Source: an uncultured bacterium (GTDB lineage Bacteria > Krumholzibacteriota > Krumholzibacteriia > JACNKJ01). Taken from it: a DNA stretch of 64,000 nucleotides. Each line of letters opens with the position of its first letter. The stretch's first letter is position 1. The translations under genes and the position numbers were made by a program. The notes below the pieces were generated by a model. That model made no database searches and was not told where the DNA came from. It saw only the letters and a program-made list of their open reading frames with translations. Shown here in pieces: positions 20,236-29,286 of this stretch. Location of the stretch: NCBI GenBank assembly GCA_963695095.1, contig CAVOFT010000001.1, positions 1,632,001 through 1,696,000 of the forward strand, read 5' to 3'.

Positions 20236-20882
20236 GGGCGGGACTCCGGCGGCGCCCAGCGGGCGAGGCCGCGGCAGACGGCCAGGGTGAGCGCGCCCTC
20301 GGCGATCCCGAGCAGCAGGTGCGGGATGAGCAAGGCCGGCACGGCCACGCTGAAGCCGAAGGGAAAGTAGAGCGGCGAGCCGTCGGCGCCTCGGCCGAGG
20401 GCCGGCTGCAGGCCGAGGGCGAGGCCGGTGAGCAGAGCGGGGAGCGCCGTCGCCAGCCAGCCTGCGGCGACGAGCGCGGCGGGCTCGCTCCAGCGGCGCA
20501 GCAGCCGCCAGATGGCCCAGGCGGCGCTGCCGCCGGCCAGGCCCATGGCGAGGGCGTTGAGGGGCAGGGTAGTGATGCCGCCCATGCCGAAGACCAGGGC
20601 CTGGAGCAGGAGCACCAGGGAAATGGCGAGGAAGCAGAGCCCCGGCCCCACGCTCACGGCGAGGATGCCGATGCCCGAGGCGTGCGCGCTCGTGCCCCCC
20701 GGCAGCGGCAGGGGCAGGCTCATCAGCAGGAAGGCCAGCGCGCTGAGGGTGGCCAGGCGGGGCAGGCGATCAAGATCCCAGCGCCGGCCGCAGAGGCGCA
20801 GCGTCAGGGCCCAGGCCCCGCCCGCCACCGCCCAGGCGGGTAGGTAGAAGCGGGGGCTGAGCATCCCGTCGGGAATGTGCAC
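20232..20882 (-). CDS. nikM: ECF substrate-binding component NikM/CbiM
   Basis: N-terminal MHIPDG, GGTSAH, LLLQALVFGMGGIT. Confidence 0.9.
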   Translation of the reverse strand: MHIPDGMLSPRFYLPAWAVAGGAWALTLRLCGRRWDLDRLPRLATLSALAFLLMSLPLPLPGGTSAHASGIGILAVSVGPGLCFLAISLVLLLQALVFGMGGITTLPLNALAMGLAGGSAAWAIWRLLRRWSEPAALVAAGWLATALPALLTGLALGLQPALGRGADGSPLYFPFGFSVAVPALLIPHLLLGIAEGALTLAVCRGLARWAPPESRP

Positions 20883-20890
20883 GGCGCTCC

Positions 20891-21889
20891 CTAGTTCAGG
20901 GCGGAGAAGCTGACCACGAGGCGGTAGTCTTCCTTGCCCTCGGCGCCCTGCTGGTCGGCCTCCTCGTTGAGAGCCGTCCAGGCGGGGAGCTTCAGGCCGA
21001 GGCCCAGGCTCAGGTTGTTGCAGTAGGCGCGCAGGCCCGGGATCAAGTAGATCATGCGGCCGCCGGTGGCCGCTTCGCCCACGCCCGCTGCCTCGTCTCG
21101 CCCCAGGGCGAGGAAGGCACCCTCGAGATTGCCGTCCAGCCGGAAGCGGTGGGGGCCGCTTTCGAGCAGGCGCAGGCTGTAGGCCAGGTTCGCGCGCTGC
21201 TCGTCACCGAAGCGGACGGCGTCGCCGTCGCCGTAGACGTGCTCGGTGAAGTGGATCCAGGACAGCTCGCCGGTGAGCGTGTGTCGGTCGCCCAGCACCT
21301 TGGTGCCGGTCAGGCCGCCCAGTCCCGAGGGCTCACCGAAGCCCGTGGCCAGGCCGGGGTCGAGGGTGCCCTCGCTGTCGGCGAGATCGGGGTTGCCCAG
21401 GGGCAGGGTGAGGCCGGCGTAGACCGTGAAGTGCCAGTCCTCGAGATCGTCCAGGCTCTCGCTGGCGGGCACGAGGCGCAGGCCACCGTCCCATTTGAGG
21501 CCCAGCACGCCGAGCAGGCTGGGGTCGGCGAAGCCGGCCGTGTTGTAGGCGTTGTTCTCCATCAGCTTCACGTTGTAGGGGAAGACGGCGTAGGCCGAGA
21601 GCCAGGGGCGCAGGCCCAGGCCCGCGCCGTAGAGCCAGAAGCGGCTCAGCGTGCCCTCGTCGTCGCGCGCAACGGTGTAGGTGGCGAAGGCCGCCTGGTC
21701 GAGCTTGAGGAAGAGGAGCAGCGAGCCCTGCGGCAGGGTGGCCGAGGCCGAGGTCTCCACGGGCGCGCCCGGGCTATGCAGCCCCACGGCGCCGAGGGAG
21801 GCGACGCCGTGGTGGGCGAGGGCCGGATCCGCGGCGGCGAGCGCGAGAGCGGCGAAGGCGATCGAGAGGGCAGGCCGTGTGGACATCAT
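20891..21889 (-). CDS. putative outer-membrane beta-barrel transporter of the nickel operon
   Basis: Signal peptide ending ALA-HHGV; amphipathic strands; GFADPSL and LPLG motifs reminiscent of MetA-pathway-type channels; ATGA overlap. Confidence 0.6.
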   Translation of the reverse strand: MMSTRPALSIAFAALALAAADPALAHHGVASLGAVGLHSPGAPVETSASATLPQGSLLLFLKLDQAAFATYTVARDDEGTLSRFWLYGAGLGLRPWLSAYAVFPYNVKLMENNAYNTAGFADPSLLGVLGLKWDGGLRLVPASESLDDLEDWHFTVYAGLTLPLGNPDLADSEGTLDPGLATGFGEPSGLGGLTGTKVLGDRHTLTGELSWIHFTEHVYGDGDAVRFGDEQRANLAYSLRLLESGPHRFRLDGNLEGAFLALGRDEAAGVGEAATGGRMIYLIPGLRAYCNNLSLGLGLKLPAWTALNEEADQQGAEGKEDYRLVVSFSALN

Positions 21890-22320
21890 CGCCTCCGGGC
21901 GAAAAGGGTGACGACACCGAAGAGTCCGAACAGGATGGCGACACCGGCGACGAGCCGGCCGGCGCGCTCCCAGAGGGAGCGCGGCGAGGCCGCCGCGGCG
22001 CCCGCCGTATCGACGGCGATGCTCAGCTCCGCGCCGTGGCCGTCCTCGCTGCTCGTCTTGACGCGCCACTCGCCCGGCCGGTCGGGCAGGAAGGCCACGC
22101 GGCCCAGGGCGTCCGCGCGGCCGGTTTGGAAGGGCAGCGTCTCGCCAGGCGGCAGCACCTCATACAGCTCGTAGGCGAAGGGGCTGCCGTCGGCGTACTG
22201 CAGCGTGACGACCACCGCCTCCTGCCGCGCGACTCGCTGCAGCACCTCGTGGGCGCCGGCGGGAGCGGCGACGCTGCCCAGGGCGAACGCGGCGGCGAGC
22301 GCGCGCAGGGCCCGGCTCAC
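21886..22320 (-). CDS. NikL/CbiL-like accessory nickel transport protein
   Basis: Signal peptide-AHEV, YADGSPF, QTGRADALGRVAFLPDRPGEWRV, DGHG, C-terminal TM helix. Confidence 0.75.
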   Translation of the reverse strand: MSRALRALAAAFALGSVAAPAGAHEVLQRVARQEAVVVTLQYADGSPFAYELYEVLPPGETLPFQTGRADALGRVAFLPDRPGEWRVKTSSEDGHGAELSIAVDTAGAAAASPRSLWERAGRLVAGVAILFGLFGVVTLFARRR

Positions 22321-23045
22321 TGCCCCGCCTCCGGCAGCACGAAGTTCAGCACCGTCGTTTCGATGCGCTTGGCGGCGCCGTCCGGGTCGGCGGTGAGCGG
22401 CGCCTCCAGACTGGCTTGGATGTGCTGGAGCCCGCCCCGCCGCAGGCGGATGTTGACCTTGCCCTCGGCGTCGGTGAGGCCGCGCGGCTCGCCGGCGTAG
22501 GCCACGGTCACCCCGGCCAGGGGGCGGCCCTCGCGAAAGGCGAGGACAGTGAGCTTCTCGCCGACGGCAACGCGCAGCGGATCCTGGGCGGGGACCAGTT
22601 CCAGCTCGCGCGTGAGCGGCCCGGCGAGCGCGGGCAGCCAGGCCGCGATGGCCTTGACGCTCTCCACCGATCGCCAGCTCGCCAGCGCGTGCGCCACCTG
22701 CGTGGGCGGCAGGTTGCGTGTGCCCTCGGTGCTCCTCGTCCAGACGCCGGAGCTGGTGAGGACGAAGAGGGCGGGCGCCGTGGCCGGCCAGCGCCCCGCG
22801 CGGGCGTCGGCGATCGGCAGGCTCAGGGTGTCGCCGGCGGCCGTGAGCGCGGTGGCCGCCAGGATCTGCTCCGGCGGCAGGGGCAGGGCCGTCGCACCGC
22901 CATGGCCGCCGGGCAGGTGTCCGTAGCGGAGCTGCCAGCCGCTGGCCCCCGCTTCGAGCCAGAGATCGTGCGCGCCGGCGATGCGGGCGGCCGGCAGGGC
23001 CAGGAGCCCGATGGCCAGGCTGAGTATTACGACTTGCTGTTTCAT
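22317..23045 (-). CDS. DUF4198 domain periplasmic protein (NikK-like)
   Basis: Signal peptide-AHDLWLE, YGH, LELVPAQDP, GRPLAGVTV, TDAEGKV. Confidence 0.8.
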   Translation of the reverse strand: MKQQVVILSLAIGLLALPAARIAGAHDLWLEAGASGWQLRYGHLPGGHGGATALPLPPEQILAATALTAAGDTLSLPIADARAGRWPATAPALFVLTSSGVWTRSTEGTRNLPPTQVAHALASWRSVESVKAIAAWLPALAGPLTRELELVPAQDPLRVAVGEKLTVLAFREGRPLAGVTVAYAGEPRGLTDAEGKVNIRLRRGGLQHIQASLEAPLTADPDGAAKRIETTVLNFVLPEAGQ

Positions 23046-23050
23046 GTTAC
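23024..23050. promoter_or_regulatory. putative NikR operator
   Basis: AT-rich imperfect palindrome GTATTA-N15-TGTTAC spanning the first start codon of the nik operon. Confidence 0.6.
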
Positions 23051-23052
23051 GC

Positions 23053-23082
23053 AGAGTAGCGGGGGGGTGGCCGCCCGCGCAA
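23053..23082 (-). promoter_or_regulatory. putative promoter of the nik operon
   Basis: TTGCGC-N18-TACTCT ending 7 nt before ATG 23045. Confidence 0.55.
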
Positions 23083-23119
23083 GGGCTTTCCGGCGCTGTG
23101 GGCGCGGGGCGGGGCAATG

Positions 23120-23153
23120 AAAACGGCGCCCTCCCCGCAGGGGAAAGGCGCCG
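23120..23153 (-). terminator. intrinsic terminator of prpD
   Basis: CGGCGCCTTTCCCC-TGC-GGGGAGGGCGCCG-TTTT on the minus strand. Confidence 0.75.
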
Positions 23154-23176
23154 GTAGGGGCAGGCCGTTCGCCGCG

Positions 23177-24619
23177 CTACTTGGTGCGCAGGGCAGCCAG
23201 CAGCGGCGTCACGCGCTCCAGTTTTTCGAGTCCGGCGACCAGCTCGACCAGGCGCGTCTGCTTCTTCTTGGGCAGGGCGAGGCCGGCCAGGGCGCGGAAC
23301 TTCGTCTCCAGCTCGGCGTCGCTCATCGGATTGCGCGGATCGCCCTTGGGGTAGTCCACGCTGGCGCGGCGCGGCTCGGCGCCCTTGAGCTTGAGGATCA
23401 CCTCCGCGCGCTTGAACTTGGGGAAGGCGGCATCGATCGCGGGGTCGGCCTCCACGCGCACCTTGGCCATCACGCCGGGCAGCAGGGGATCCTTCAGGCG
23501 CTTGGGCGTGAAGGAGTCGGTCGTCACCGCCCCGTCGAGCAGGGCGACGGCGATCACGAAGGGCAGGCTGTGGTCCGCCGTCTCCTTGGAGCTGGGAATG
23601 TACTTGGACGGGTCCGAGAGGATGTCCTTGGCGCGCGCCGTCGTGCGCACTTCCACCCACTCGATGTCATCGGGCGCATAGCCCTTGCCCGCGCTCAGGT
23701 CCAGCGCGCAGGAGATCGGCGAGTGGGTGAGCGCCTCGGTGGGGAAGGCCTTCATGCCGCAGCGCACGATGCGGAACTCGGGGCCCGCCGTCTCGCCGCC
23801 GCGCTTCTTGCGCTTGGCGAGCAGATCAGCGAAGCCCTCGGTGAGGATCTCCGACGACCAGGCCACGCCGGTCTGCTTGCCCAGGCAATGGAAGAGCCCC
23901 TCCTTGCCCTCGAAGACGGCCTCGGGGCCGGTGTAGCCCTCGGCCGCGAGCAGGGCGCTGAGCACGCCCTCGGCGCCGGCCATGGGATCGACGGTGTTCT
24001 TCATCATCGAGAGCTTGCCGGCGACGACGCCGCCGAAGGTGCCCTGGCGACAGCCGGCGATGCCGACCGCGTGCATCGTCTGCTCGGGGCTGAGGCCGTA
24101 GAGCTTGCCGGCGAGGAGCGGCGAGACGAACTGCGTCAGGGTGGCGTGGTGCCAGCCGATCTCGCGGATGCCGGGGTGGGCGGCCTCGCACAGGCGCATC
24201 TCGATCTCGTAGGCGAGCACCGTGGCGACGATGAGGTCCTTGCCGCTCAGCTTGTTCTGCTCGACGAGCGAGAGCACGGTGCCGAGCATGTCCGAGGGGT
24301 GGCTCGGGTCCTGCTCCCAGTAGATGTCGTTGAAGTCCATGATGCGGATCATCAGGTTGTTGAGGAAAGCCGCATCGCGGGCGTTCGTCTTCCAGTCCGT
24401 GCTGATCACCGTGGCCTCGGGCCGTCCCCGCAAGCGGCGGAAGACCTTGAGGGCGATGCGCGCGTCGTGGGCCTTGCTGCCGCCGAGGGCGCAGCCGAGG
24501 CTGTCGAGCCAGAAGCGACGCGCTTCCCGGACGGCGGCGGGGGACAGATGCTCCCACTTGAGGGCGTGGGCAAAGTCGGCGAGTTGACGGGACAGGGTCG
24601 GGGCGGGCGCAGTACTCAT
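23177..24619 (-). CDS. prpD: MmgE/PrpD family protein (2-methylcitrate dehydratase-like)
   Basis: LDSLGCALGG, RIMDFNDIY, SHPSD, GWHH, KETADHSLPF, PKGDPRNPMS. Confidence 0.88.
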   Translation of the reverse strand: MSTAPAPTLSRQLADFAHALKWEHLSPAAVREARRFWLDSLGCALGGSKAHDARIALKVFRRLRGRPEATVISTDWKTNARDAAFLNNLMIRIMDFNDIYWEQDPSHPSDMLGTVLSLVEQNKLSGKDLIVATVLAYEIEMRLCEAAHPGIREIGWHHATLTQFVSPLLAGKLYGLSPEQTMHAVGIAGCRQGTFGGVVAGKLSMMKNTVDPMAGAEGVLSALLAAEGYTGPEAVFEGKEGLFHCLGKQTGVAWSSEILTEGFADLLAKRKKRGGETAGPEFRIVRCGMKAFPTEALTHSPISCALDLSAGKGYAPDDIEWVEVRTTARAKDILSDPSKYIPSSKETADHSLPFVIAVALLDGAVTTDSFTPKRLKDPLLPGVMAKVRVEADPAIDAAFPKFKRAEVILKLKGAEPRRASVDYPKGDPRNPMSDAELETKFRALAGLALPKKKQTRLVELVAGLEKLERVTPLLAALRTK

Positions 24620-24810
24620 GGTCGACGAGGCCTCCTCGGTCCTCAGCGCAGAACGCGGGCGGATGAAGGGTGATCGGTGCGCCGCGGGCGTGGCCGCAGC
24701 CACCCCCCATACTGGGCCCCGGGAGCGTCGGGAGCAAGCCCTTCCCGCGCAAAGCCAGGGGGCTCCGGGCGCGGCCCGAAGCCCCCTCGCTTCCAGTCAG
24801 GTGGGACGAA

Positions 24811-26736
24811 CTACTTGGCCAGGAGCAGCTTGTGGCTGTCCTGGCGGCCGGCGCTCTGGAGCCGGACCAGGTAGACGCCCGAGGGCAGTGCGCGGCCGGC
24901 GGCGTCGGTGCCGTCCCAGACCGCCGTGTGGCGGCCGACGCTCTGGACACCGTCGACCAGGGTGGTGACCAGGCGCCCGGCGCTGTCATAGATGCGCAGG
25001 CTGACGGGGCCGGCGGCATCCACCGCAAAGTCGATCGTCGTCTGGGGGTTGAAGGGATTGGGGTGGTTCGCCTGGACGCCGAAGGCGGCGGCCAGGGGCG
25101 TCTCGACGCCCGTGAGGGACTCGATGTTGGTCAGGAAGTCCGTCGCCGCCTGGACGATGGTGCCCGTGCTCATGTCGCGCACGTAGACGGTGGCGCGCAG
25201 GTTGGCGTAGACCCACGTGCCGGCCAGGGGCATGGTCACGGTGATGGGATGGCTGCCCACGGTGCCGGAAACCGGCAGACCTGCAGCGGTGCCCGGCCAC
25301 ATGCGGCGGAAGGCCTGCTGGTGGATCGGCTCGCCGTTGCCGCCGTTGTGATTGATGTTGTCCTCGGTGATGCTGCAGAAGAGCTGGTAGTCGCCGCCCG
25401 GGCGCATCGCGCCGGTGACGTAGACCGTCGCCGTCAGCTCATCGACGTCGTCATTCCACTGCAGACCGACGTGCATGGGGCTCTTCCAGGTCTTGGCCTG
25501 ATTGAGGGCGGCGATGATCGACGAGCCCAGATTGCTGGTGTTCCAGAAGGCGTCCAGCCAGAAGTCCGGCACGCCGCTCACCCCGAACTCGTTCACCAGG
25601 GCCTGCGCCTGCGCCGTGTTCGCGAGGTACATGATGTCGCCCGGGTTGGGCCACCAGGTGTGCACGCGCATCAGCGCCACCTGGTTGCCCTGCGTGGGCA
25701 TGTAGCCGTCCAGGGCCACGTTGGCCTGCACGCAGGGCGCGCAGCCGCTGTTCGTGAAGAGCATGCCCAGGGGCACGTGGGTATCGTAATAGGTCGTGAA
25801 CTCCGCGACGCCCGTGTCGTTGCTGGGATCCGTATCGATGGCCAGCTGGGTTGTCGCGCTGAGGTCGTAGTACTGGCCCGCGGCGGGGGTGAAGTCGGGG
25901 AAGTCGATCTGGCTCTGGGCGCCGAAGGCCAGGTTGCTCACGCTCAGGGTCTCCGAGTAGATCGGCGAGCCGGACTCGCTGATCAGGAGCTCGACGTCGA
26001 AGGTCTCGCCGGCCTGGCCGAAGTTCTCCACGGTCACCTGCGGCGCGATGGGGCTGCCATAGCCCTGGTTGCCGCCGTCGGGGGCGATGCTGACCACGCC
26101 CACGTCGTGCAGGCTGGGGGCGAAGATGCGCACGTCGTCGATCAACCAGGTGTCGCCGACCGTCGCGGTGTCGTAGTAGCGGAAAGCCAGGTAGACGACG
26201 GGCTCTCCGGATAGACTGGACAGATTGACCAGCACGGGCGGCCCGTTCCAGTCCAGGGGGATCGAGTGATTGCCGGGCAGCATCTCGCTGATGATGGAGA
26301 AGGCGGCCGGATCGGTCTGGCTGGTGGTGCTCGCCATGATGTAGTGATGGCCGGTGCTCCCTGCCCAGCTGACGGCCCGCTCGTACCACTCGAGCTTCTG
26401 GTTGACGGCGCCGCTGAAGTCAAGCGCCGGGGTGACCAGGTACTCGTCCTGGAGGGTGTTGGCGGCGACGACACCGGCGACGTAGCTGCCGGAGTGCGCC
26501 CCGTAGTTGTTCCGCTGGAACCAGGTCTGAGCGATATGGGTCTGGATCCTCGCCCAGCCCGCCGGCAGCCAGGTGCCTTCGAAAGTCTCGCCGAGGATGA
26601 GGTCGTCTCGGTCGCCGGCGGGGGCTGCTGAATGCGCAGGCGCCGCCTGCACAGCGGGCGCGGCGAGCAGGCCCGCGGCGAGCAGGCAGAGGGCGGCCCG
26701 CAGAGCGAAGCCGCGGGAGCGATAGCGCAAAGTCAT
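24811..26736 (-). CDS. secreted multidomain protein: cleaved-adhesin-like domain, CARDB-like, Omp28-related thioredoxin-like domain, FlgD-like CTD
   Basis: Signal peptide; ETFEG..LPAGW, DEYLVTPALD, WLIDDV; FTNSGCAPC; NHPNPFNPQTTI...WDGTDAAG...SGVYLVRL. Confidence 0.75.
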   Translation of the reverse strand: MTLRYRSRGFALRAALCLLAAGLLAAPAVQAAPAHSAAPAGDRDDLILGETFEGTWLPAGWARIQTHIAQTWFQRNNYGAHSGSYVAGVVAANTLQDEYLVTPALDFSGAVNQKLEWYERAVSWAGSTGHHYIMASTTSQTDPAAFSIISEMLPGNHSIPLDWNGPPVLVNLSSLSGEPVVYLAFRYYDTATVGDTWLIDDVRIFAPSLHDVGVVSIAPDGGNQGYGSPIAPQVTVENFGQAGETFDVELLISESGSPIYSETLSVSNLAFGAQSQIDFPDFTPAAGQYYDLSATTQLAIDTDPSNDTGVAEFTTYYDTHVPLGMLFTNSGCAPCVQANVALDGYMPTQGNQVALMRVHTWWPNPGDIMYLANTAQAQALVNEFGVSGVPDFWLDAFWNTSNLGSSIIAALNQAKTWKSPMHVGLQWNDDVDELTATVYVTGAMRPGGDYQLFCSITEDNINHNGGNGEPIHQQAFRRMWPGTAAGLPVSGTVGSHPITVTMPLAGTWVYANLRATVYVRDMSTGTIVQAATDFLTNIESLTGVETPLAAAFGVQANHPNPFNPQTTIDFAVDAAGPVSLRIYDSAGRLVTTLVDGVQSVGRHTAVWDGTDAAGRALPSGVYLVRLQSAGRQDSHKLLLAK

Positions 26737-26858
26737 GGATTACCTCCAGAACATGGAAGTGACGCGAGGGCCGGAGCAGGCTCGTTTGTCGTTATTCTAA
26801 CAGAAAAGCGACGGCGGTGGGAGTGACGATTGCGGTCGGGGATGTCCCAGCAGTTCCG

Positions 26859-27269
26859 CTATTCCTCATCCGCGGCGACAACGTTCACGCGGCGAGGCGG
26901 GCCCGACCAGAGCCCATCGCGCGTGCAATAGGCCAGGGCCGTCAGTTCGAGCGTACCTGCTGCGGGCACCAGATTGAAAGTGACCATTGGATTGCCCTGC
27001 GCACCCTGCCCGCCCAGGAGGCCCTGGACGAGGCGGGCCTCGGCGAGGAGCCGCTCGCCGCTCCAGAGCTGAAGCCAGGCGACGTAATGCTCGGGCTCGT
27101 CCGGATGCTCGGACTCGTGCCCCACGCGCACGGCCACCGGGAAGGGCTCGCCCTCCCGGGTCTGCTCGACGCAGTGGATGAAGGGGACATGCTCGTCGCC
27201 GGGCGCCGGCTCTGCGCCGCGCGCGGCAGCGGCGGCGCTGACCGGCCCCTCGTGGATGCGAATCGGCAT
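26859..27269 (-). CDS. superoxide reductase-like (class II SORL / desulfoferrodoxin family) protein
   Basis: EHVPFI, HPDEPEHYVAWLQL, YCTRDGLW; GGAGG RBS. Confidence 0.8.
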   Translation of the reverse strand: MPIRIHEGPVSAAAAARGAEPAPGDEHVPFIHCVEQTREGEPFPVAVRVGHESEHPDEPEHYVAWLQLWSGERLLAEARLVQGLLGGQGAQGNPMVTFNLVPAAGTLELTALAYCTRDGLWSGPPRRVNVVAADEE

Positions 27270-27300
27270 CTCGAACCTCCTGGCCGCGCGGCGAGCCCGC

Positions 27301-28104
27301 TCAGCCGACGATATCCTCGCCGCCGTCCACACCGATGACATTGCCCGTGAGCCAGTCCGTGCCCGGTCCGGCCAGGGCTACCAGTGCGGCGGCGACGTCC
27401 TCGGGCTGCGTCAGGCGGCCCGAGGGGTTGCGCTCCCTGGCCATCGCCAGGATGCGCTCGTTGCCGGGGATCATGCGCAGGGCCGGGGTGTCCGTGACGC
27501 CGGCCCGCAGGGCGTTCACCGTGATGCCGCGAGGAGCCAGCTCCATGGCCATCTGCCGCGTGTGGCTCTCCAGGGCCGCCTTGGCCGCGCTGACCGCTCC
27601 GTAGCTCGGCATCACGCGGCCGGCGCCCGAGGAGGTCATCGAGTAGATGCGGCTGCCGGTCCCCAGCAGGCCGGCGGCCAGCAGATCCTGCGTCCAGTAG
27701 ACGAGGCTATGCGCCATGACGTCCAGGGTCATCTCCATGCGGTCGCGGCCCATGGGCTTGTTCTCCTCGGTTCCGGCCGCGGGGAAGTAGGGCAGCAGGG
27801 AGCCGAAGGCCAGGCTGTGCAGGAGCACCTTGAAGCGAACGACGCCGGCCGCCTTGAGCTGCGCGATGACCTCATCGCGCTTGTCCTGGCTGGAGGCGTT
27901 GACGTTGAAGAAGAGCGGTCCCGCGCCGGCGGCCTCCAGCTCCGCGATCAGCTCCTGCACCTTGGGCAGCGTGGCCCGCCGGTCGAGATGGACGCCGGCG
28001 ATCCGGCAGCCCTGGCGGGCCAGCGCCAGGGCGGAGGCGGCGCCGAATCCGCTGGAGGCACCGAGAATGAGGGCCCAGTGGCCCGCGAACGCTTGGCTGG
28101 GCAT
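27301..28104 (-). CDS. SDR oxidoreductase, enoyl-ACP reductase (FabL-like)
   Basis: GASSGFG, YGAVSAAKAALE, GVTDTPAL, VDGG. Confidence 0.85.
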   Translation of the reverse strand: MPSQAFAGHWALILGASSGFGAASALALARQGCRIAGVHLDRRATLPKVQELIAELEAAGAGPLFFNVNASSQDKRDEVIAQLKAAGVVRFKVLLHSLAFGSLLPYFPAAGTEENKPMGRDRMEMTLDVMAHSLVYWTQDLLAAGLLGTGSRIYSMTSSGAGRVMPSYGAVSAAKAALESHTRQMAMELAPRGITVNALRAGVTDTPALRMIPGNERILAMARERNPSGRLTQPEDVAAALVALAGPGTDWLTGNVIGVDGGEDIVG

Positions 28105-28247
28105 CGCAGCCTCCGGTGAGGGGGTGCGGCAGGATTAGCACGCAGAGCCGGGGGGCGTCAACGCGCCGCGCCTGGGCTGGCGTCTCGACAGGGGACGTGG
28201 CATACTGTCACGCCGCGCCGCCGGCCGGCGGCGCGAGCTAGCCCGAA

Positions 28248-29207
28248 ATGCTCGAGGTCGACAGCGTGCGCGCTCCAGTGGCCATCTACACCGATGCCAG
28301 CGGCTTGGCTCACGACACGGGCCACGGCCATCCCGAGCGGCCGGCCCGCATCGAGGCCCTGGAGCGGCTTTTCGCCCAGCTCGATCCCGCCCGCTTCCAC
28401 TGGATCCGCAGTGCCGAGCCCGCCGGCGAGGAGGCCATCACCGCCGTGCACACGGTGGGGCACTTCGCGCGGGTTCGCGCCGGCTGCGCCGAGGGCCCCG
28501 GCTACCTCGATCCCGATACGCCAGTGGTGCCTGCGAGCTGGCCGGCTGCCCTCGGGGCGGCCGGCGCGACGCTGGCCGCTTGTCGCAGCGTGGCCGCCGG
28601 CGAGGCGCGCCGGGCCTTCTGCGCTCTGCGCCCCCCGGGCCACCACGCCGAGTCCAGCCGGGCGATGGGCTTCTGTCTCTTCAACAACGCGGCCGTCGCC
28701 GCCCGGGCGCTGCAGGACGAGGGCCTCGCGGGCAAGGTGGCCATCGTCGACTTCGATGTCCACCACGGCAACGGTACCCAGGAGATCTTCTGGACGGATC
28801 CCTCCGTGCTCTACGCGAGCTGCCACCAGTCGCCGCTCTACCCGGGCACCGGCCGCCGCAATGAAGTGGGCGCGGGACCCGGTCTGGAGTTCACGCTCAA
28901 CCGGCCGCTGGGGCCCGGGAGCGGCGACGAGCAGTTCCTGCACTGGGCCGAGGGCGAGCTCGCCCGCACCCTGCGCAACTACAAGCCGAACTTCCTGCTC
29001 GTCTCGGCCGGCTACGATGCCCACGCCGCCGACCCGATGGCCCAGCTCGAGGTCAGCACGGAGGGCTTCGGCCGCTTCACCGCCCTGCTGGCCGCCCTCG
29101 CCGACGAGCTCTGCGGCGGCCGCCTCGTGGCCGTGCTCGAAGGCGGTTACGATCTTGGCGCCCTCGTCGAGTCGGTGGCTGCCAGCCTCGAGGCCCTGGC
29201 CGGCTGA
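28248..29207 (+). CDS. histone deacetylase family protein (start may be GTG 28266)
   Basis: HPERPARI, RPPGHHA, GFCLFNN, DFDVHHGNGTQ, SAGYDAH, LEGGY. Confidence 0.93.
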   Translation: MLEVDSVRAPVAIYTDASGLAHDTGHGHPERPARIEALERLFAQLDPARFHWIRSAEPAGEEAITAVHTVGHFARVRAGCAEGPGYLDPDTPVVPASWPAALGAAGATLAACRSVAAGEARRAFCALRPPGHHAESSRAMGFCLFNNAAVAARALQDEGLAGKVAIVDFDVHHGNGTQEIFWTDPSVLYASCHQSPLYPGTGRRNEVGAGPGLEFTLNRPLGPGSGDEQFLHWAEGELARTLRNYKPNFLLVSAGYDAHAADPMAQLEVSTEGFGRFTALLAALADELCGGRLVAVLEGGYDLGALVESVAASLEALAG

Positions 29208-29286
29208 CCCTTGCCGGGCTCTCTCCCCTCTGCTATCTTGCGCTCCTGCCAGGGCCTAGGCTGCCCGTCACCGCGTGAGGATGCGC

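Noticed and set aside
23046..23176. Cobalamin or NiCo riboswitch ahead of the ECF operon
   Set aside because: The space is taken by the prpD terminator and a promoter abutting the ATG; nikR explains the regulation
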